A DNA stretch of 64,000 nucleotides from Eledone cirrhosa (Eukaryota): the NCBI GenBank assembly GCA_964016885.1, contig OZ024741.1, forward strand, positions 383,470,001 through 383,534,000. The letters run 5' to 3'. Positions 1 to 14,057 of this stretch are shown in pieces. How positions within the stretch are numbered: position 1 is the first letter of the stretch; every line of letters starts with the position of its first letter. The position numbers were made by a program, and so were the translations under genes. The notes below the pieces were generated by a model. It was not told the origin of the DNA. It searched no databases and saw nothing but the letters and a program-made list of their open reading frames with translations.

Positions 1-260
1 GTCATTTTATCCAAAGTGCTTCCTTGATCCTTAGTGTTCTAACGTTGTGCCCTGAAGCTAGCACTGTGACAGTGAGTCTTCCGTCCTTATTTCCGCATTT
101 AGTGATGTGTTTCCGAAAGGACGAGGCTCTAGTGATGAGGTGCTCCTTGATTTATATGTGCGGCTTTCGGATGGTGCTGCTGGTGTAGAAACCCTTCTAC
201 TTGTCACATTTGATCTTTTAAACGAGGTAGGTGCGGAAGCAACTGTTTGTTATTGGGTAA
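1..260 (-). mobile_element. Decayed Penelope-like element, GIY-YIG endonuclease fragment (runs off window edge)
   Basis: Manual minus-strand translation YLV*KIKCDK*KGFYTSSTIRKPHI*IKEHL...FRKHITKC...VLASGHNVRTLRIKEALWIK* matches the PLE GIY-YIG pattern VY.I.C..C...YIG.T.R....RI.EH...EAL.I; in-frame stops present. Confidence 0.75.
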
Positions 261-737
261 TTGCTGAGGGTGCACATAATATCCGCGTTGCAATGTTTTT
301 CGTACCTGGGCGAAAAATCCACCAGCGCTATCCTGCTTCACCAGGAAACATTAACGACTGGAACCGCCAATCAACAACAGAACCGAGAGGAGCGAAACGC
401 GGTGGCTAGTCAAACCCGAATGACACACACACGCAGTAACAGATGAGAAACTGTTATTGTACATATTGTTCGCCTACCGACTATATGATTGCCGCCGTTC
501 TATCGCTAGCAAGTTTAAACACATTTCGGGCGCTCATCCATTTTCCCTTTAATGGCGTTGTGAACTTTTGTCATGGACATTCAAGATGATGCAAACAAAC
601 TAATATAACAAAGGAAATTTCAACGTGTAACGTAGTCACGTGGGCTACCGGGACAGAGGAGAAAGTATGATAATGTGCTTTCTGGTGCTTCCTATCATTA
701 TTCCTGATAGAGTCATCAAACATGCCTTCCAATCCCT

Positions 738-879
738 CCTCTCTTTTCTCTCACTCTCTCTCACTCTCTCTCACTCTCTCTCACTCTCACTCTCTCTCAC
801 TCTCACTCTCACTCTCTCTCTCTCTCTCTCTCTGTATATATATATATATAAATCTATATGCATATATATATATATATAT

Positions 880-921
<42 letters not shown>

Positions 922-1032
922 GCGTGTGCTATCAGAGAAAAGGATAAATATAATCAATATGTATTTTCCCTTCAACAGTGGATGCTTGTGGTAAAAAATT
1001 TATGAACATATGGTCTCTCTCTCTCTTCTCTC

Positions 1033-1071
<39 letters not shown>

Positions 1072-1079
1072 CATATATG

Positions 1080-1152
<73 letters not shown>

Positions 1153-1168
1153 TTATATGTATATATAA

Positions 1169-1199
<31 letters not shown>

Positions 1200-1210
1200 A
1201 TATATATATA

Positions 1211-1276
<66 letters not shown>
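738..1276. repeat. Compound (CT)n/(TA)n microsatellites (representative of dozens across the window)
   Basis: Directly visible dinucleotide runs. Confidence 0.95.
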
Positions 1277-1280
<4 letters not shown>

Positions 1281-2185
1281 GTATTTGGAGACGCTTTAAA
1301 AGAATTACTACGTGACATCCAATTCCCATCGGCGTAAATTAATATGACGAAGAATTCATAAACAAAAATAGGCGTCTGTCAAAGCAGAGCCGATAACAGT
1401 AGATTTTCTTTCGCCATATCGAAAGTCTATACAGGAGATTTATCAACAATCCCAATGAATATCATCATCTCCATCACTAACTACAACAACAACTAATAAT
1501 AATAACAACAATAATGATAGCTATAATACTACTCTGCCACGTTAGTGTCGTAGAAAGAGAAAATATTTATGATGATAAGTAGCTGTAAATAATATTACAT
1601 TAAAGTGTCCTGCGTTTATGTGTGTGTATTGGTGTTTTGGTGTGGAGTGTCTGTAAGTGACTATGTGCATTTGTGTCAAAGGATGAGTGTGAACCGTTCA
1701 GTGTGTGTGTACGTATCTATGCTTTCATGAATATATTCATATGTGTATGTGTGTGTGTGTTTGTGTTTGTGTGTGTGTGTGTTTGTGAGTGTTCGTGTTC
1801 GTGTGTGTGTAAATGCGTGTGCATATATATTTAGGTATGTATGTATTCTTGCATACGTACTTGTATATATTTAAGTACATGCGTCTGTGTGAATATGTGT
1901 ATGTTTCTTAATGTGTATGTGCTTGAGTGTGTATGGGTGTCTATGTGCACGTACTTCTATATACGTATATATCTTATGCTGTGTATGTATATATACATCT
2001 TCGTGTGCGCGCGCATTCGTCTGTTCATCTTCCCAATTGACAAGCAGAGTCATATTTCGCGATACAGAAAGACATATATCTTAACTTTAAGATATCTTAT
2101 AGAAACTCCTTTGTTTAAATACTTTCCTATGTATCGTTTTTGAGATCATAATTTCTTTTCCATTATCCATGTAGGAGTTGGTAAT

Positions 2186-2317
2186 GCGGTGGATTGGCAG
2201 AGTCCTTAGAACGTCTGATAGAATGATTTGCAATAATCTTTCGCGCTCTCTGCGTGTTGAGATCAAGTTTATGCTTCCACCGTCGAGGTCGATAACAAAA
2301 TACCTGTACTGAGGGTG
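2186..2317 (+). mobile_element. Old tRNA-derived SINE copy
   Basis: gcggtggattggcag head and gtcgataacaaaatacc core similar to the copies at 5902 and 37691. Confidence 0.55.
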
Positions 2318-2338
2318 ACTCTTTTTCTCTTTTCACGT

Positions 2339-2518
<180 letters not shown>

Positions 2519-2589
2519 GGTATCCTCTGGGTTTATATGTTACGTGTGGCGTTTATCAGTTAGTGGCCAAGTCGCACTAATAACAAAGT

Positions 2590-2795
2590 TTATCGAAAGT
2601 TCTACCCCGTTTCTTGGCTCTTGCTGGTCATGTTTCCCGCCATGATAAACCTACATGGAAACAGCTTATGTGGTCACCAGAAGCAAAGCACCTAACAAGA
2701 CGTCCAAACATAACCATCAGGACTCAGTTCGCGAGGGACACTGATCTCACTGGACAAAATCTTGCGATGAAAGATCGTAAGGTCTAGAGCCAGAA
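2590..2795 (+). mobile_element. RTE-type LINE 3' fragment
   Basis: Translates LAGHVSRHDKP..QLMWSP...RRPNIT...DT.L....AMKDRKV*, similar to the C-terminus of the RTE ORF at 20444-21526. Confidence 0.6.
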
Positions 2796-3001
2796 TTCTT
2801 TGTATGCTTCACTTTCGATTGAGGGATCACTAAAGAAAAATGTTTAAGTGCGCAAGTCACGCTGTATGTCATGACAGAGCATTTAAGATACCATAAATTG
2901 TTAAAGACTTAAACGTAAACGTAAAAAAGCTTGATAAGTAGGCATTACCAGATTGAAAGAACCTCGTTTGAGTCAGTTACGATCTTTGGGTCAGAAGATT
3001 A

Positions 3002-4746
3002 CACCTTGTAACAAGAAAAAAGTTTTTTCTCTGTTCCTGGCTTGTAATCACTTTTTTCTGTGTTGCTTAAGTCCCAAATAAATTAAAAAAATGTACTATT
3101 AAACAGTTAAAAGTTGGGGTTTCTAAGAATTCTAAGGTATTCATTAGAATTATTTGTATGCTGGATTTTACGTTGTATGTAAGTTAAATTTGCTTAAATT
3201 TGTATGTATGTTAAATGATTTTTTTATATATGTTTCAGGTTAAATTAAAATTATAAAATAAAGAGTAATACCTAAAGAAAATTATAAAAGTGCAATAAAG
3301 TATAAAATTGTTAAAAAGTGGATTAAAGAGATTTATTGATATTTGATTTTCGCACCTTGAATAAAGGGTAAGTTGTGTTTTAAGCATTCGTCTCCAAGAT
3401 GAAGCAGTGGAACTTGGTCAAGGAGGAAGTGCAGGTGACAAGTCAGAGAAGTCGACACGAGCCTTTCTCAGGCTTTTACACTCTTAGGGATGGCCTCTGC
3501 TTCTACCATGACATGCCTGGACTGTTTGACATTATTGGGGTGCCGTTTGTACCCAAGGAGTGGCTATTTATAGTGGCTATTTATAGACAGTTCCACCACA
3601 AGTTTGAAGGCTGTCCTCCTCCACAATGGAAACAAGTTCCCGACACTGCCCCTAGCTCATTCAGTCTGGCTGAAGGAAGATTACTACAGTGTGAAAGTCC
3701 TCTTAGAAGCTCTGCAATACAACCAGTACAATTGGGAAATCATTGGAGACTTCAAGATGGCGGCTTTCCTGCTTGCACTCCAAGGAGGCTTTGTCAAATT
3801 CCAATGCTTCTTCTGCCTTTGGGACAGCAGAGCCACCTCTGACAACTACAAAAGAAAGAACTGGGAGCAGCGAACAGAATTTGTAATTGGGACTCGGAAA
3901 GTCATGTGGGAGCCACTGATTGATCCCAGGATTGTGCTCATGCCGCCACTGCACATTAAGTTGGGGTTGATGAAGTAGTTTGTGGAGGCTCTCAACCAAG
4001 AATCAGCCGCTTTTAAGTACCTTCTTGAGATCTTCCCCAAGTTATCTGAGGCCAAAATCAAAGGTGGAATTTTTGTTGGACCTCAGATAAAGAAGTTGTT
4101 TGAGTCTACCGAGTCCTCCAATAAGCTTAATAGGATTGAGAGAACAGCAAGGAACTGTTTCAAGGCAGTTGTTAAGGGCTTCCTGGGCAACTACAGAGCT
4201 GAAAATTACCAGCAACTGGCGCAGGATTTGATAAAGGCTTTTGGCGCCATGGGATGCAGGATGTTGCTTAAACTCCATATGCTGGACGCTCACCTGGAAC
4301 AACATAAGAACAATGCGAACGATTCCACCAAGATGTGAAAGAGATAGAGCGGAGGTACCAGGGCCACTACAATGAAAAAATTATGGGGGACTATATCTGG
4401 TGGCTAGTGCGGGAATGCGACCTGGACTGCAACCGCAAATCCAGGAAATCCAGTCATTTCTGACGTGTATAAGTTGCTTTATAAGTGTTATTTGTTTTTA
4501 CTTGTTTGCTTTTGATAAGATTGTGTAATAAAATAAATGTATACTCTGTTGAATTAATTATATGAACTGATAATTCTTTTTTTAAATGTGTTTTTTCTTG
4601 AAAAAATATGAAAATTTCAAAATATCAAACTTGTGACCATAAACCCAAACTTTTGATTAAATAATAGTATATTTTGATAATAATGGGATATAACAAACTA
4701 GGAAATGATACTTAGAACCAGGGAACAAATAATATATTACACGGTG
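3002..4746 (+). mobile_element. Chapaev3-like (CMC superfamily) DNA transposon, non-autonomous/decayed
   Basis: Termini CACCTTGTAA...TTACACGGTG, TTA target-site duplication (2999-3001 and 4747-4749), degenerate subterminal inverted similarity (ttcctgg, tactatt, aaaagtt.gggttt); encloses a transposase pseudogene. Confidence 0.8.
3399..4463 (+). pseudogene. Chapaev3-type transposase pseudogene (C-terminal part)
   Basis: Motifs EWLFIDSS..SLKAVLLHNGN, GDFKM..FLL.LQGG..K..CF.CLWDSRA, PPLHIKLGLMK*FV.AL, FPKLSEAKIKGGIFVGPQI, ERFHQD..EIERRYQG; 13-bp tandem duplication frameshift near 3559-3584, stop at 3976-3978, deletion near 4300. Confidence 0.8.
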
Positions 4747-5901
4747 TTATTGTTCTGAGTCCAATTCCCACATCAGTCAGCATTTCATCAAATTTCTCAT
4801 GAGCCAATGAAATAACCGCTACGTCGAAAAAGAATCATTTAGTCATTCAAAAATACACACAAACATTGTTGCCTCCACTTGGCATTCATCATCTATTTCC
4901 TAGTATTAACCTTTTCGTCTCACTTTTTGCGACCAGGAACTGATCGCAGGCATAGCGACTAAACATTTAATACCAGAAAATAAACAATAATTATAAAGTG
5001 AATTTAACAGTGTGTGTTTATGACTAAATACAATATTTCACAATGTATTTTTCTGTCTTTATACGGTCTCTATTCATATCAAATCTAAACAAACCAACTT
5101 CAAATTATATATTACTATCTTCATATAACAAATTCACGTTAAAACAATATACTACTCATATAACGACGTCATTAAAACAACTAGCAGAAAACCACACTTC
5201 GGGTGGTTTTCTGCGAGCATGTGTAGTGTGCATATTGATATAAAATGCAAATATACATGCATGAGATATGATGCATCAAATAAAATTCGTAATTGACAAT
5301 ATACACAGAAATTGAAGAGAGACTGTGTTACACTGTCTTCTGTAATCAGTAAAGTAACCCATGACACATTTAAACAAGACGATATTATATATAAACTACA
5401 ATACGGTGAAATGTAATGAAAACAAAAAAGGAGAAATATAAACTTTATGATATAACGATGCAAATATATAAGCGATGTGATATAGCGTCCGTTATATCAT
5501 AACCGGAAGAATTGACATTTGAAAATTTAAAAAGAAGTGAATCTTGAAATAAGCAATAATTATATATAAGAATATTTATGTTTAATCAACAACTACGAAA
5601 TTTACTGCATAAATTATGTAATATTCATTCATTATTTATTCAAAGTAATCCAACTTATTTTACGATCGGGATAAAAAAAATATATAGTAAGGACACAGTC
5701 CCGCACTCCTCCCTTTATTATATTATGATATATTAGCAAAATTAAAAGCAAAAACAACAGCATCAGCGAGATTGAAATATATACAGGAGTAAATCATTCA
5801 GCGGTTACATCGAAAACAATTTGATAACTGGAGATTTATACAACAAATTTAAATCAAATTATATAATGTTTATGATAATAAAAGATAAATAATTAAATAA
5901 T

Positions 5902-6092
5902 TGTTTCTACTTTTGGCACAAGGCCAGCAATTATCCCAGTGCATTACTGGTACTTTATTTTATCGACCCCGTAAGCATGAAAGGCAAAGTTAACCTCGGC
6001 GGGATTTGAACTCAGACCACAAAGGGCCGTAACTCGTTGCTGCAAAGTATGGCGTCCGACCCTCTACCGATACTGCCAATCCACCGCCCTGT
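5902..6092 (-). mobile_element. tRNA-derived SINE, full length, with 12-bp TSD
   Basis: Minus strand has A-box TGGCAGTATCGG and B-box GAGTTCAAATCCC plus core ggggtcgataaaataaagtaccag; TSD taattaaataat at 5890-5901 and 6093-6104. Confidence 0.85.
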
Positions 6093-6467
6093 TAATTAAA
6101 TAATGAAACAAAGAGGAATGAGGTAGAGATCGGCATTCTATGTGGTATATCTTAGCTGCATCCCACCCACAAAATGTCGAAGGCATTTCAAGTCAGAATA
6201 TCCCGCGATACTTGCTGCATCAGGCATTCCACCGCATAGGCTCATTCTTTGCGAGAAATACTCTACTCCCAATTTTGCGAAGTAAAACGGCAGTTCGAGG
6301 TTGGAGACCAAGGAGACCCGAGATCTCGAGGGCGACCGACAAGAAAAATAAGTGGTCAGTCGAATCCCGATATTTTGCTATGACATATTAGTTTAATTCG
6401 CTGTTGACCTCGCCTTTTCTGCCAGGATTCATTCCAAGGCAAGATAATATACGTTGTAGACTTACAC

Positions 6468-6618
6468 AGACATGGATGTGTGGCTAAGAAGTTTGCTTTG
6501 CAAAGACGCGGTTCTGGGTTCAGTCCCAATGCGTGGCACATTGCATACGTATCTTCTACTATCAGCCTGAACAATGCTCTGTGCGCGGAATTCGGTAGCT
6601 AGAAACTAGAAACCCTTC

Positions 6619-6668
<50 letters not shown>

Positions 6669-6930
6669 TGCATATATATGTGGGGGGTGTATGTATGCGT
6701 GCGTGTGTGTATGTGGGGAGTGAATGTGGGTATGACTGTGTATGTGTGTGTGTATGTATGCGTGTGCATGTGGGGTGGGTGGGGGTAAATCGTAGCGGTT
6801 CGGGAATTAAAATGTCAACAAACCATGTACCAGACTTGAGAAACTAAGTACTAGGCTCGAATTGATCAAGTTTATCCAGATGGTGTCTCAGGATGGCCGC
6901 AGTATTATGACTGGGGTCTGTGAAAGAAGA
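6468..6930 (+). mobile_element. Second tRNA-derived SINE family with an internal microsatellite
   Basis: tRNA-like head (tgtggctaagaag...gggttcagtccc), internal (TA)/(TG) tract, 3' body. Confidence 0.55.
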
Positions 6931-7723
6931 AAAAGCTATATTTTTCTCCACTGGAAAACTACGATCCCTAATAAAAGGAAATGATATGATATGGCATACC
7001 ATGCGTTGTACAAGGTTTGGAGTGTTTTGAGATTGACGTGTTTTGAGATTGATGTCTTTCTATAGACAAATTGGATGCAAGTGTTAATTGTAATGGATAG
7101 GAACTGAAGTCAGATTCAAGTTGAAAACACACTCCTCTAACGAACACCCAATCCGTTTAATTCCAATAATTGTATACAATAACTTAAATAATGACATAAT
7201 ATCTAACATTAATATTTAAAAAAATGTAATTGTCGAAACCCTGATTAATGGCGAATATATAATGCAATATATTCACTAGTAATAGCAGTATGGTAAATAT
7301 AATGTCCACTTCTAATAGTTTGAAATCCAGATACATTGTTCCCCGCCACTCTTTCAGAAAAAAGAATTCATTATTCAACATACTTAGCTAGACATATATG
7401 GAATCTCAAAGAGACCTTCTTACAAGCCAGGAAGAAGAAATGTAACTTGTCTCACGGAATGTGTACATATTTTATAATCAAAATTGAAAATCCTCAAAAT
7501 CCGAAATTCTTCCTATGGTAACACATAAAAAATAAAATAAAAGTTCCTAAAATAAAAATTCCCAAAATTATATTATGAATTAAAATTAACAAAATAAACT
7601 TTTACTCTCATATATTAATACTTACGTGTAAATCCATTTATGTATGTGTATGTGTGAATGCGTGTACATATACATATTTATAGTTTTTACATATATGGGT
7701 GTGTATATATATATATATATATA

Positions 7724-8266
7724 TTGTTATACTTCGGAAGGGGCATGCTGCCAATAAAGACACACGGAACTTCAATTTAATATAAATTTCCAGTTCGTTG
7801 GTTCGATAACCGGATGGTTGTCTATATATATTGTCAACTCTTTCGAGAAATGAAAGATGTGTCTTCGTGTCCCGTGTACGTCAATACTCATCCTTTTTTT
7901 CCATTCAAATGGGTTTTTTTAAAATCCAAACTAACAGACGAATTCTATGTAGTGAAATACGGCGTAAGCACATGTTACTACATAATTTTCAAATTCGCTA
8001 GCCGTTTGTAAACAAAGCCTGCTTTCTGTCTCCCGATTTATATACATATACGTATATACCGGCTATGGTTATATAGTTTCTAATTGAATGGAAGAAAGCA
8101 TGGGTGGCGTATTGGTGTAATAGTAAAACATTGGTCCGGAACCTTTTGCAAATTCGCTAGACGTTTGTAAACACAGCTTGCTTTGTGTCTCCCTATTCAT
8201 ATATACCAATATCTGATTCGACATACGTTCTCAGATAAGAAATCTTGCAAAGCAAAATCAAGAACG

Positions 8267-8268
<2 letters not shown>
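7724..8268 (-). repeat. Interspersed repeat sharing a terminal motif with 58748-59131 and 61100-61150; contains an internal ~60-bp direct repeat
   Basis: Minus-strand ttattggcagcatgccccttccgaagtataacaatat matches ttattggcaacatgaccctcccaaaacataacaatat at 61114; aaattcgctag.cgtttgtaaaca at 7991 and 8150. Confidence 0.45.
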
Positions 8269-8311
<43 letters not shown>

Positions 8312-9320
8312 AGTGTGTGTGTGCGAATGTGCGCGCGCGCGTGTGTGTGTGTGTGTATATATGTGTGTGTGTGTGTGTGTATATGTGCGTGCGTGCCTGC
8401 ATACATAACTACTTATATAAGAAAAGTTCTGAATATTTCTACGGATAAATTTTGAAATTAGTAAATCCATTTTCTAAAAGATTTTCAAAAAGATATACAT
8501 TTTCTAAAAGATATACAAATTAACATGATAGTTATTTCAAATGTTTTTATATTTGGATTCAATTTTATCCATAGACACATTAATATAACTCCAAATGTTG
8601 ATAATAGAGGTAGATGTGAAAGAAAAATAGAAATAAATACATAATTGTAGTCAAATAAGCTGATTCTAACTTAATATGTCCTAAATCAAAACAAAAATTA
8701 GTCTTTCGTAAATGTTCTTTAAAATAATAAGTAAGAAACAATATATAGACGTTTATAAAAATATGGGACACACAGTAAGTAAAGGTTTTCAGACAATGAA
8801 CGTAAACAAACTGACACCGTTAAATAACGATGTATTTAACTAGAAATGAAAACACTCCATTTAAAATGTCTCAACGATATAAAATCTGTTTTACTTTAGC
8901 ACCTGATTAAAAAAGAAAACAATGAGTAACTATATACAGATATTTTTAAAATGTATATGTGTGAAAATATATTTAACTCCATATATATAATTTTATTCTA
9001 TATCTTCATGTGACGTTGACTGAAGAAAAATCTAAATATTTTCAAATTTTTCTATTTGAAATAATTGAACGTTCTGCCCTAAATTTGTAGGGGAAATGTT
9101 TTAACAACCTCTGCTGCAACCAATTCCTAGATTTAACATAATTTTTTTGAAAAACAACACAGAAAAATTTATAATTTTGCATATTTGAAAAACCTTGTAC
9201 AAGCTTATAATAAAATTGCACTTGAAACTTTAACTGCCTGCCTATATGCTCCATAAATTGAATCCTCTCCTTTTCTTGATATCTGTCTTATGATAGTAAT
9301 TTATTGTTATTTTATTATAT

Positions 9321-9446
9321 ATATTTCCTGAAGAGATACGGTTGGGGTAAATCACTTATAATGGAGTTAATTGTTAACTGGAAATCTCCAGTTTCTCCAC
9401 AAATGAATGTGATATTCTAGCCGCGTTGAAATGTTCATAGAGATAT
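9321..9446 (+). ncRNA. Type I hammerhead ribozyme-like motif in a decayed PLE tail
   Basis: atatttc-CTGAAGA-[long stem II cggttggg/tctagccg]-GAAA-tgttca-TA-gagatat; an RT remnant (SPFLDI) lies just upstream at ~9260. Confidence 0.6.
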
Positions 9447-9635
9447 ATAAATAAATTATGATATGCTATCCTTGGCTTTCTTAAAATCTGCTAACTGACC
9501 TGTCCATAATTCATCTAGGTTCATTTCACTGCTGAAGAACAGAGGACGATAAAGTGCATCGACGTTATCACATCTTACCAATGAAAATAGTAGAGTACTA
9601 CACTATAAATTCATATACGTGTGTGTGTGTGTGTG

Positions 9636-9733
<98 letters not shown>

Positions 9734-9942
9734 TGTGTGTGTGTGTGTGTGTCCAACCCATGCAAGCATAGAAAGGCGGACGTAAAAACGATGGCGTTGA
9801 TGAGGTTGATATATATATATATATATCAAAATAAGATTGATATATATTATGTAATGATCATGCGGATATATATATAGACAGAGAGAGAGGGAGAGAGAAT
9901 GGGAGGAGAGAGTAAGCGAGAGAAAAATACAGACAGACAGAC

Positions 9943-9994
<52 letters not shown>

Positions 9995-11029
9995 TGTTTC
10001 TTTATTAGCCACAGGGGCATTATAATAGATAATAGATATCTATAGATAGATAGACAAGATCAAGTCATACGCCACTTATTGTGTGCGTTTTTTTTATATT
10101 TTTTTTATTGAAGCTGTTTATGTTGTTTTTGTCCCTAGTGTTATTCTGTTGCTGTTTCAGTATTTTTGACAGAACAATCCGTTAAATAATGTATAACATA
10201 ATTATATGAGTTGCATCTCTTATTATGAAGGTCGTGGTGCTAAGGAAGAACAGAGAAGATAGGAAAAGTCAAACATGAAGGAAAATAAGGAGAAAATATT
10301 GCAATGAATAATTATGAAGAATCAAATATAACGAAAGAAAAGAAATTAAGAGGGGAACGGAATAAAGCAGTAAACAAAGATTAAACAAGCACAAAGAACA
10401 AAGTGGGGAAAGAGAGAAAGAAATATAGGGAGAAAGAAAGAAAGAAAGAATGAATGAAAGAAAGAAAGAATGAAAGAAAGAAAATTGGAAACATCAAAGA
10501 AAGAAAGATATATATTAAAAAAAAATGGAAAACGAGTGGAGATAAAAATAAACTCAGCAGGATAGTTTTTCATTAAAATGTAACAAAACCCTCTTTTCCT
10601 TTGAATTATATAGTTGCGTACCGACTTAAGTGGCTCGCTATTTGAGCTGACAGCGAGGAACAACGAACAGGTGATTTTCCTGTAAGATAGTAGCAGTGAT
10701 GGTGGTAGTAATAGTAATGATATTGTTAGGGTTAGTGATGGTTGGGTGATGGTGGTGGTAGTGATAGTTGTGGAGGTGGTGACGATGGTGGTGGTTATAG
10801 TAGTGATATTGTGTGATGGTGGTGGTAGTGATAGTTGTGGAGGTGGTCGTGATGGTGGTGGTAATAGTAGTGATATTGTTAGGTTTAGTGATGGTTGGGT
10901 GATGGTGGTGATAGTTATAGTTGTGGAGATGGTGGCGGTAATAGTGGTGGTGGTGATGGTAATAGTAGTGATATTGTTAGGTTTAGTGATGGTTGGGTGA
11001 TGGTGGTGATAGTGATAGTTGTGGAGATG

Positions 11030-14000
11030 GTGACGGTAAGGGATGGTAGTGATCGTTGGGTGATGGTATGGGATGGTAGAGGTCGTTGGGCGATGGTATG
11101 GGACGGTAGAGATCGTTGGGTGATGGTAAAGGATGGTAGTGATCGTTGGGTGATGGTATGGGATGGTAGAGGTCGTTGGGTGATGGTATGGGACGGTAGA
11201 GATCGTTGGGTGATGGTAAGGGATGGTAGAGATCGTTGGGTGATGGTATGGGATGGTAGTGATCGTTGGGTGATGGTAAGGGACGGTAGAGGTCGTTGGG
11301 TGATGGTATGGGACGGTAGGGATCGTTGGGTGATGGTAAGGGATGGTAGAGATCGTTGGGTGATGGTAAGGTATGGTAGAGATCGTTGGGTGATGGTAAG
11401 GGATGGTAGAGATCATTGGGTGATGGTAAGGGATGGTAGAGGTCGTTGGGTGATGGTATGGGATGGTAAAGATCGTTGCGTTATGGTATGGGACGGTAGA
11501 GATCGTTGGGTGATGGTAAGGGACGGTAGTGATCGTTGGGTGATGGTAAGGGACGGTAAAGGTCGTTGGGTGATGGTATGGGACGGTAGGGATCGTTGGG
11601 TGATGGTAAGGGATGGTAGAGGTCGTTGGGTGATGGTAAGGGATGGTAGAGATCGTTGGGTGATAGTAAGGGATGGTAGAGATCATTGGGTGATGGTAAG
11701 GGATGGTAGAGGTCGTTGGGTGATGGTATGGGATGGTAAAGATCGTTGGGTTATGGTATGGGACGGTAGTGATCGTTGGGTGATGGTAAGGGACGGTAGT
11801 GATCGTTGGGTGATGGTAAGGGACGGTAAAGGTCGTTGGGTGATGGTATGGGACGGTAGGGATCGTTGGGTGATGGTAAGGGATGGTAGAGGTCGTTGGG
11901 TGATGGTAAGGGACGGTTAAGGTCGTTGGGTGATGGTATGGGACGGTAGTGATCGTTGGATGATGGTAAGGGATGGTAGAGGTCGTTGGGTGATGGTAAG
12001 GGACGGTAAAGGTCGTTGGGTGATGGTAAGGGACGGTAAAGGTCGTTGGGTGATGGTAAGGGACGGTAAAGGTCGTTGGGTGATGGTATGGGACGGTAGG
12101 GATCGTTGGGTGATGGTAAGGGATGGTAGAGGTCGTTGGGTGATGGTATGGGATGGTAAAGATCGTTGGGTTATGGTAAGGGACGGTAGTGATCGTTGGG
12201 TGATGGTAAGGGACGGTAGTGATCGTTGGGTGATGGTAAGGGATGGTAGAGATCGGTGGGTTATGGTAAGGGACGGTAGAGGTCGTTGGGTGATGGTAAG
12301 GGACGGTAAAGGTCGTTGGGTGATGGTAAGGGATGGTAGTGATCGTTGGGCGATGGTAAGGGATGGTAGTGATCGTTGGGTGATGGTATGGGATGGTAAA
12401 GATCGTTGGGTTATGGTAAGGGACGGTAGTGATCGTTGGGTGATGGCAAGGGACGGTAGTGATCGTTGGGTTATGGTAAGGGATGGTAGAGATCGGTGGG
12501 TTATGGTAAGGGACGGTAGAGGTCGTTGGGTGATGGTAAGGGACGATAAAGGTCGTTGGGTGATGGTATGGGACGGTAGTGATCGTTGGGTTATGGTATG
12601 GGACGGTAGTGATCGTTGGGTGATGGCAAGGGACGGTAGTGATCGTTGGGTGATGGTAAGGGACGGTAAAGGTCGTTGGGTGATGGTATGGGACGGTAGT
12701 GATCGTTGGGTGATGGCAAGGGACGGTAGTGATCGTTGGGTGATGGTAAGGGACGGTAAAGGTCGTTGGGTGATGGTATGGGACGGTAGTGATCGTTGGG
12801 TGATGGCAAGGGACGGTAGTGATCGTTGGGTGATGGCAAGGGACGGTAGTGATCGTTGGGTGATGGTATGGGACGGTAGTGATCGTTGGGTGATGGCAAG
12901 GGACGGTAGTGATCGTTGGGTGATGGCAAGGGACGGTAGAGATCGTTGGGTGATGGTAAGGGATGGTAGAGATCGTTGGGTTATGGTATGGGACGGTAGA
13001 GATCGGTGGGTGATGGTAAGGGATGGTAGAGATCGTTGGGTGATGGTAAGGGACGGTAGTAATCGTTGGGTGATGGTAAGGGACGGTAGTGATCGTTGGG
13101 TGATGGTAAGGGATGGTAGAGATCGGTGGGTGATGGTAAGGGACGGTAGAGATCGGTGGGTGATGGTAAGGGATGGTAGAGATCGTTGGGTGATGGTAAG
13201 GGATGGTAGAGATCGTTGGGTTATGGTATGGGACGGTAGTGATCGTTGGGTAATGGTAAGGGACGGTAGTGATCGTTGGGTGATGGTAAGGGATGGTAGA
13301 GATCGGTGGGTAATGGTAAGGGATGGTAGAGATCGTTGGGTGATGGTAAGGGACGGTAGTGATCGTTGGGTGATGGTAAGGGATGGTAGAGATCGGTGGG
13401 TGATGGTAAGGGACGGTAGAGATCGGTGGGTGATGGTATGGGACGGTAGTGATCGTTGGGTGATGGTAAGGGATGGTAGAGATCGTTGGGTGATGGTAAG
13501 GGACGGTAGTGATCGTTGGGTGATGGTAAGGGATGGTAGAGATCGTTGGGTGATGGTATGGGATGGTAGAGATCGTTGGGTGATGGTAAGGGATGGTAGA
13601 GATCGTTGGGTGATGGTAAGGTACGGTAGTGATCGTTGGGTGATGGTAAGGGATGGTAGAGATCGTTGGCTGATGGTATGGGATGGTAGAGATCGTTGGG
13701 TGATGGTAAGGGACGGTAGAGATCGGTGGGTGATGGTAAGGGACGGTAGTGATCGTTGGGTGATGGTAAGGGATGGTAGAGATCGTTGGGTGATGGTATG
13801 GGATGGTAGATATCGTTGGGTGATGGTAAGGGACGGTAGAGATCGGTGGGTGATGGTATGGGACGGTAGTGATCGTTGGGTGATGGTAAGGGATGGTAGA
13901 GATCGTTGGGTGATGGTATGGGAATTTAGAGATCGTTGGGTTATGGTATGGGATGGTAGAGATCGTTGGGTGATGGTAAGGGACGGTAGTGATCGTTGGG

Positions 14001-14057
14001 TGATGGTAAGGGATGGTAGAGATCGTTGGGTGATGGTAAGGGATGGTAGAGATCGTT
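11030..14057. repeat. 30-bp minisatellite, ~100 copies (ggatggtagagatcgttgggtgatggtaag and variants)
   Basis: Exact 30-nt periodicity visible line by line; flanked by related GGT/GAT-rich low-complexity sequence (10690-11030, 14058-14400). Confidence 0.97.

Noticed and set aside
5902-6092. tRNA gene
   Set aside because: A/B boxes are present but there is no cloverleaf; a TSD and dispersed copies indicate a SINE
10620-10690. Short GC-richer island with donor-like sites, possible 5' UTR exon
   Set aside because: No acceptor, ORF or other support
11030-14057. CRISPR-like regular array
   Set aside because: Contiguous 30-bp units without unique spacers; no cas genes; eukaryotic context
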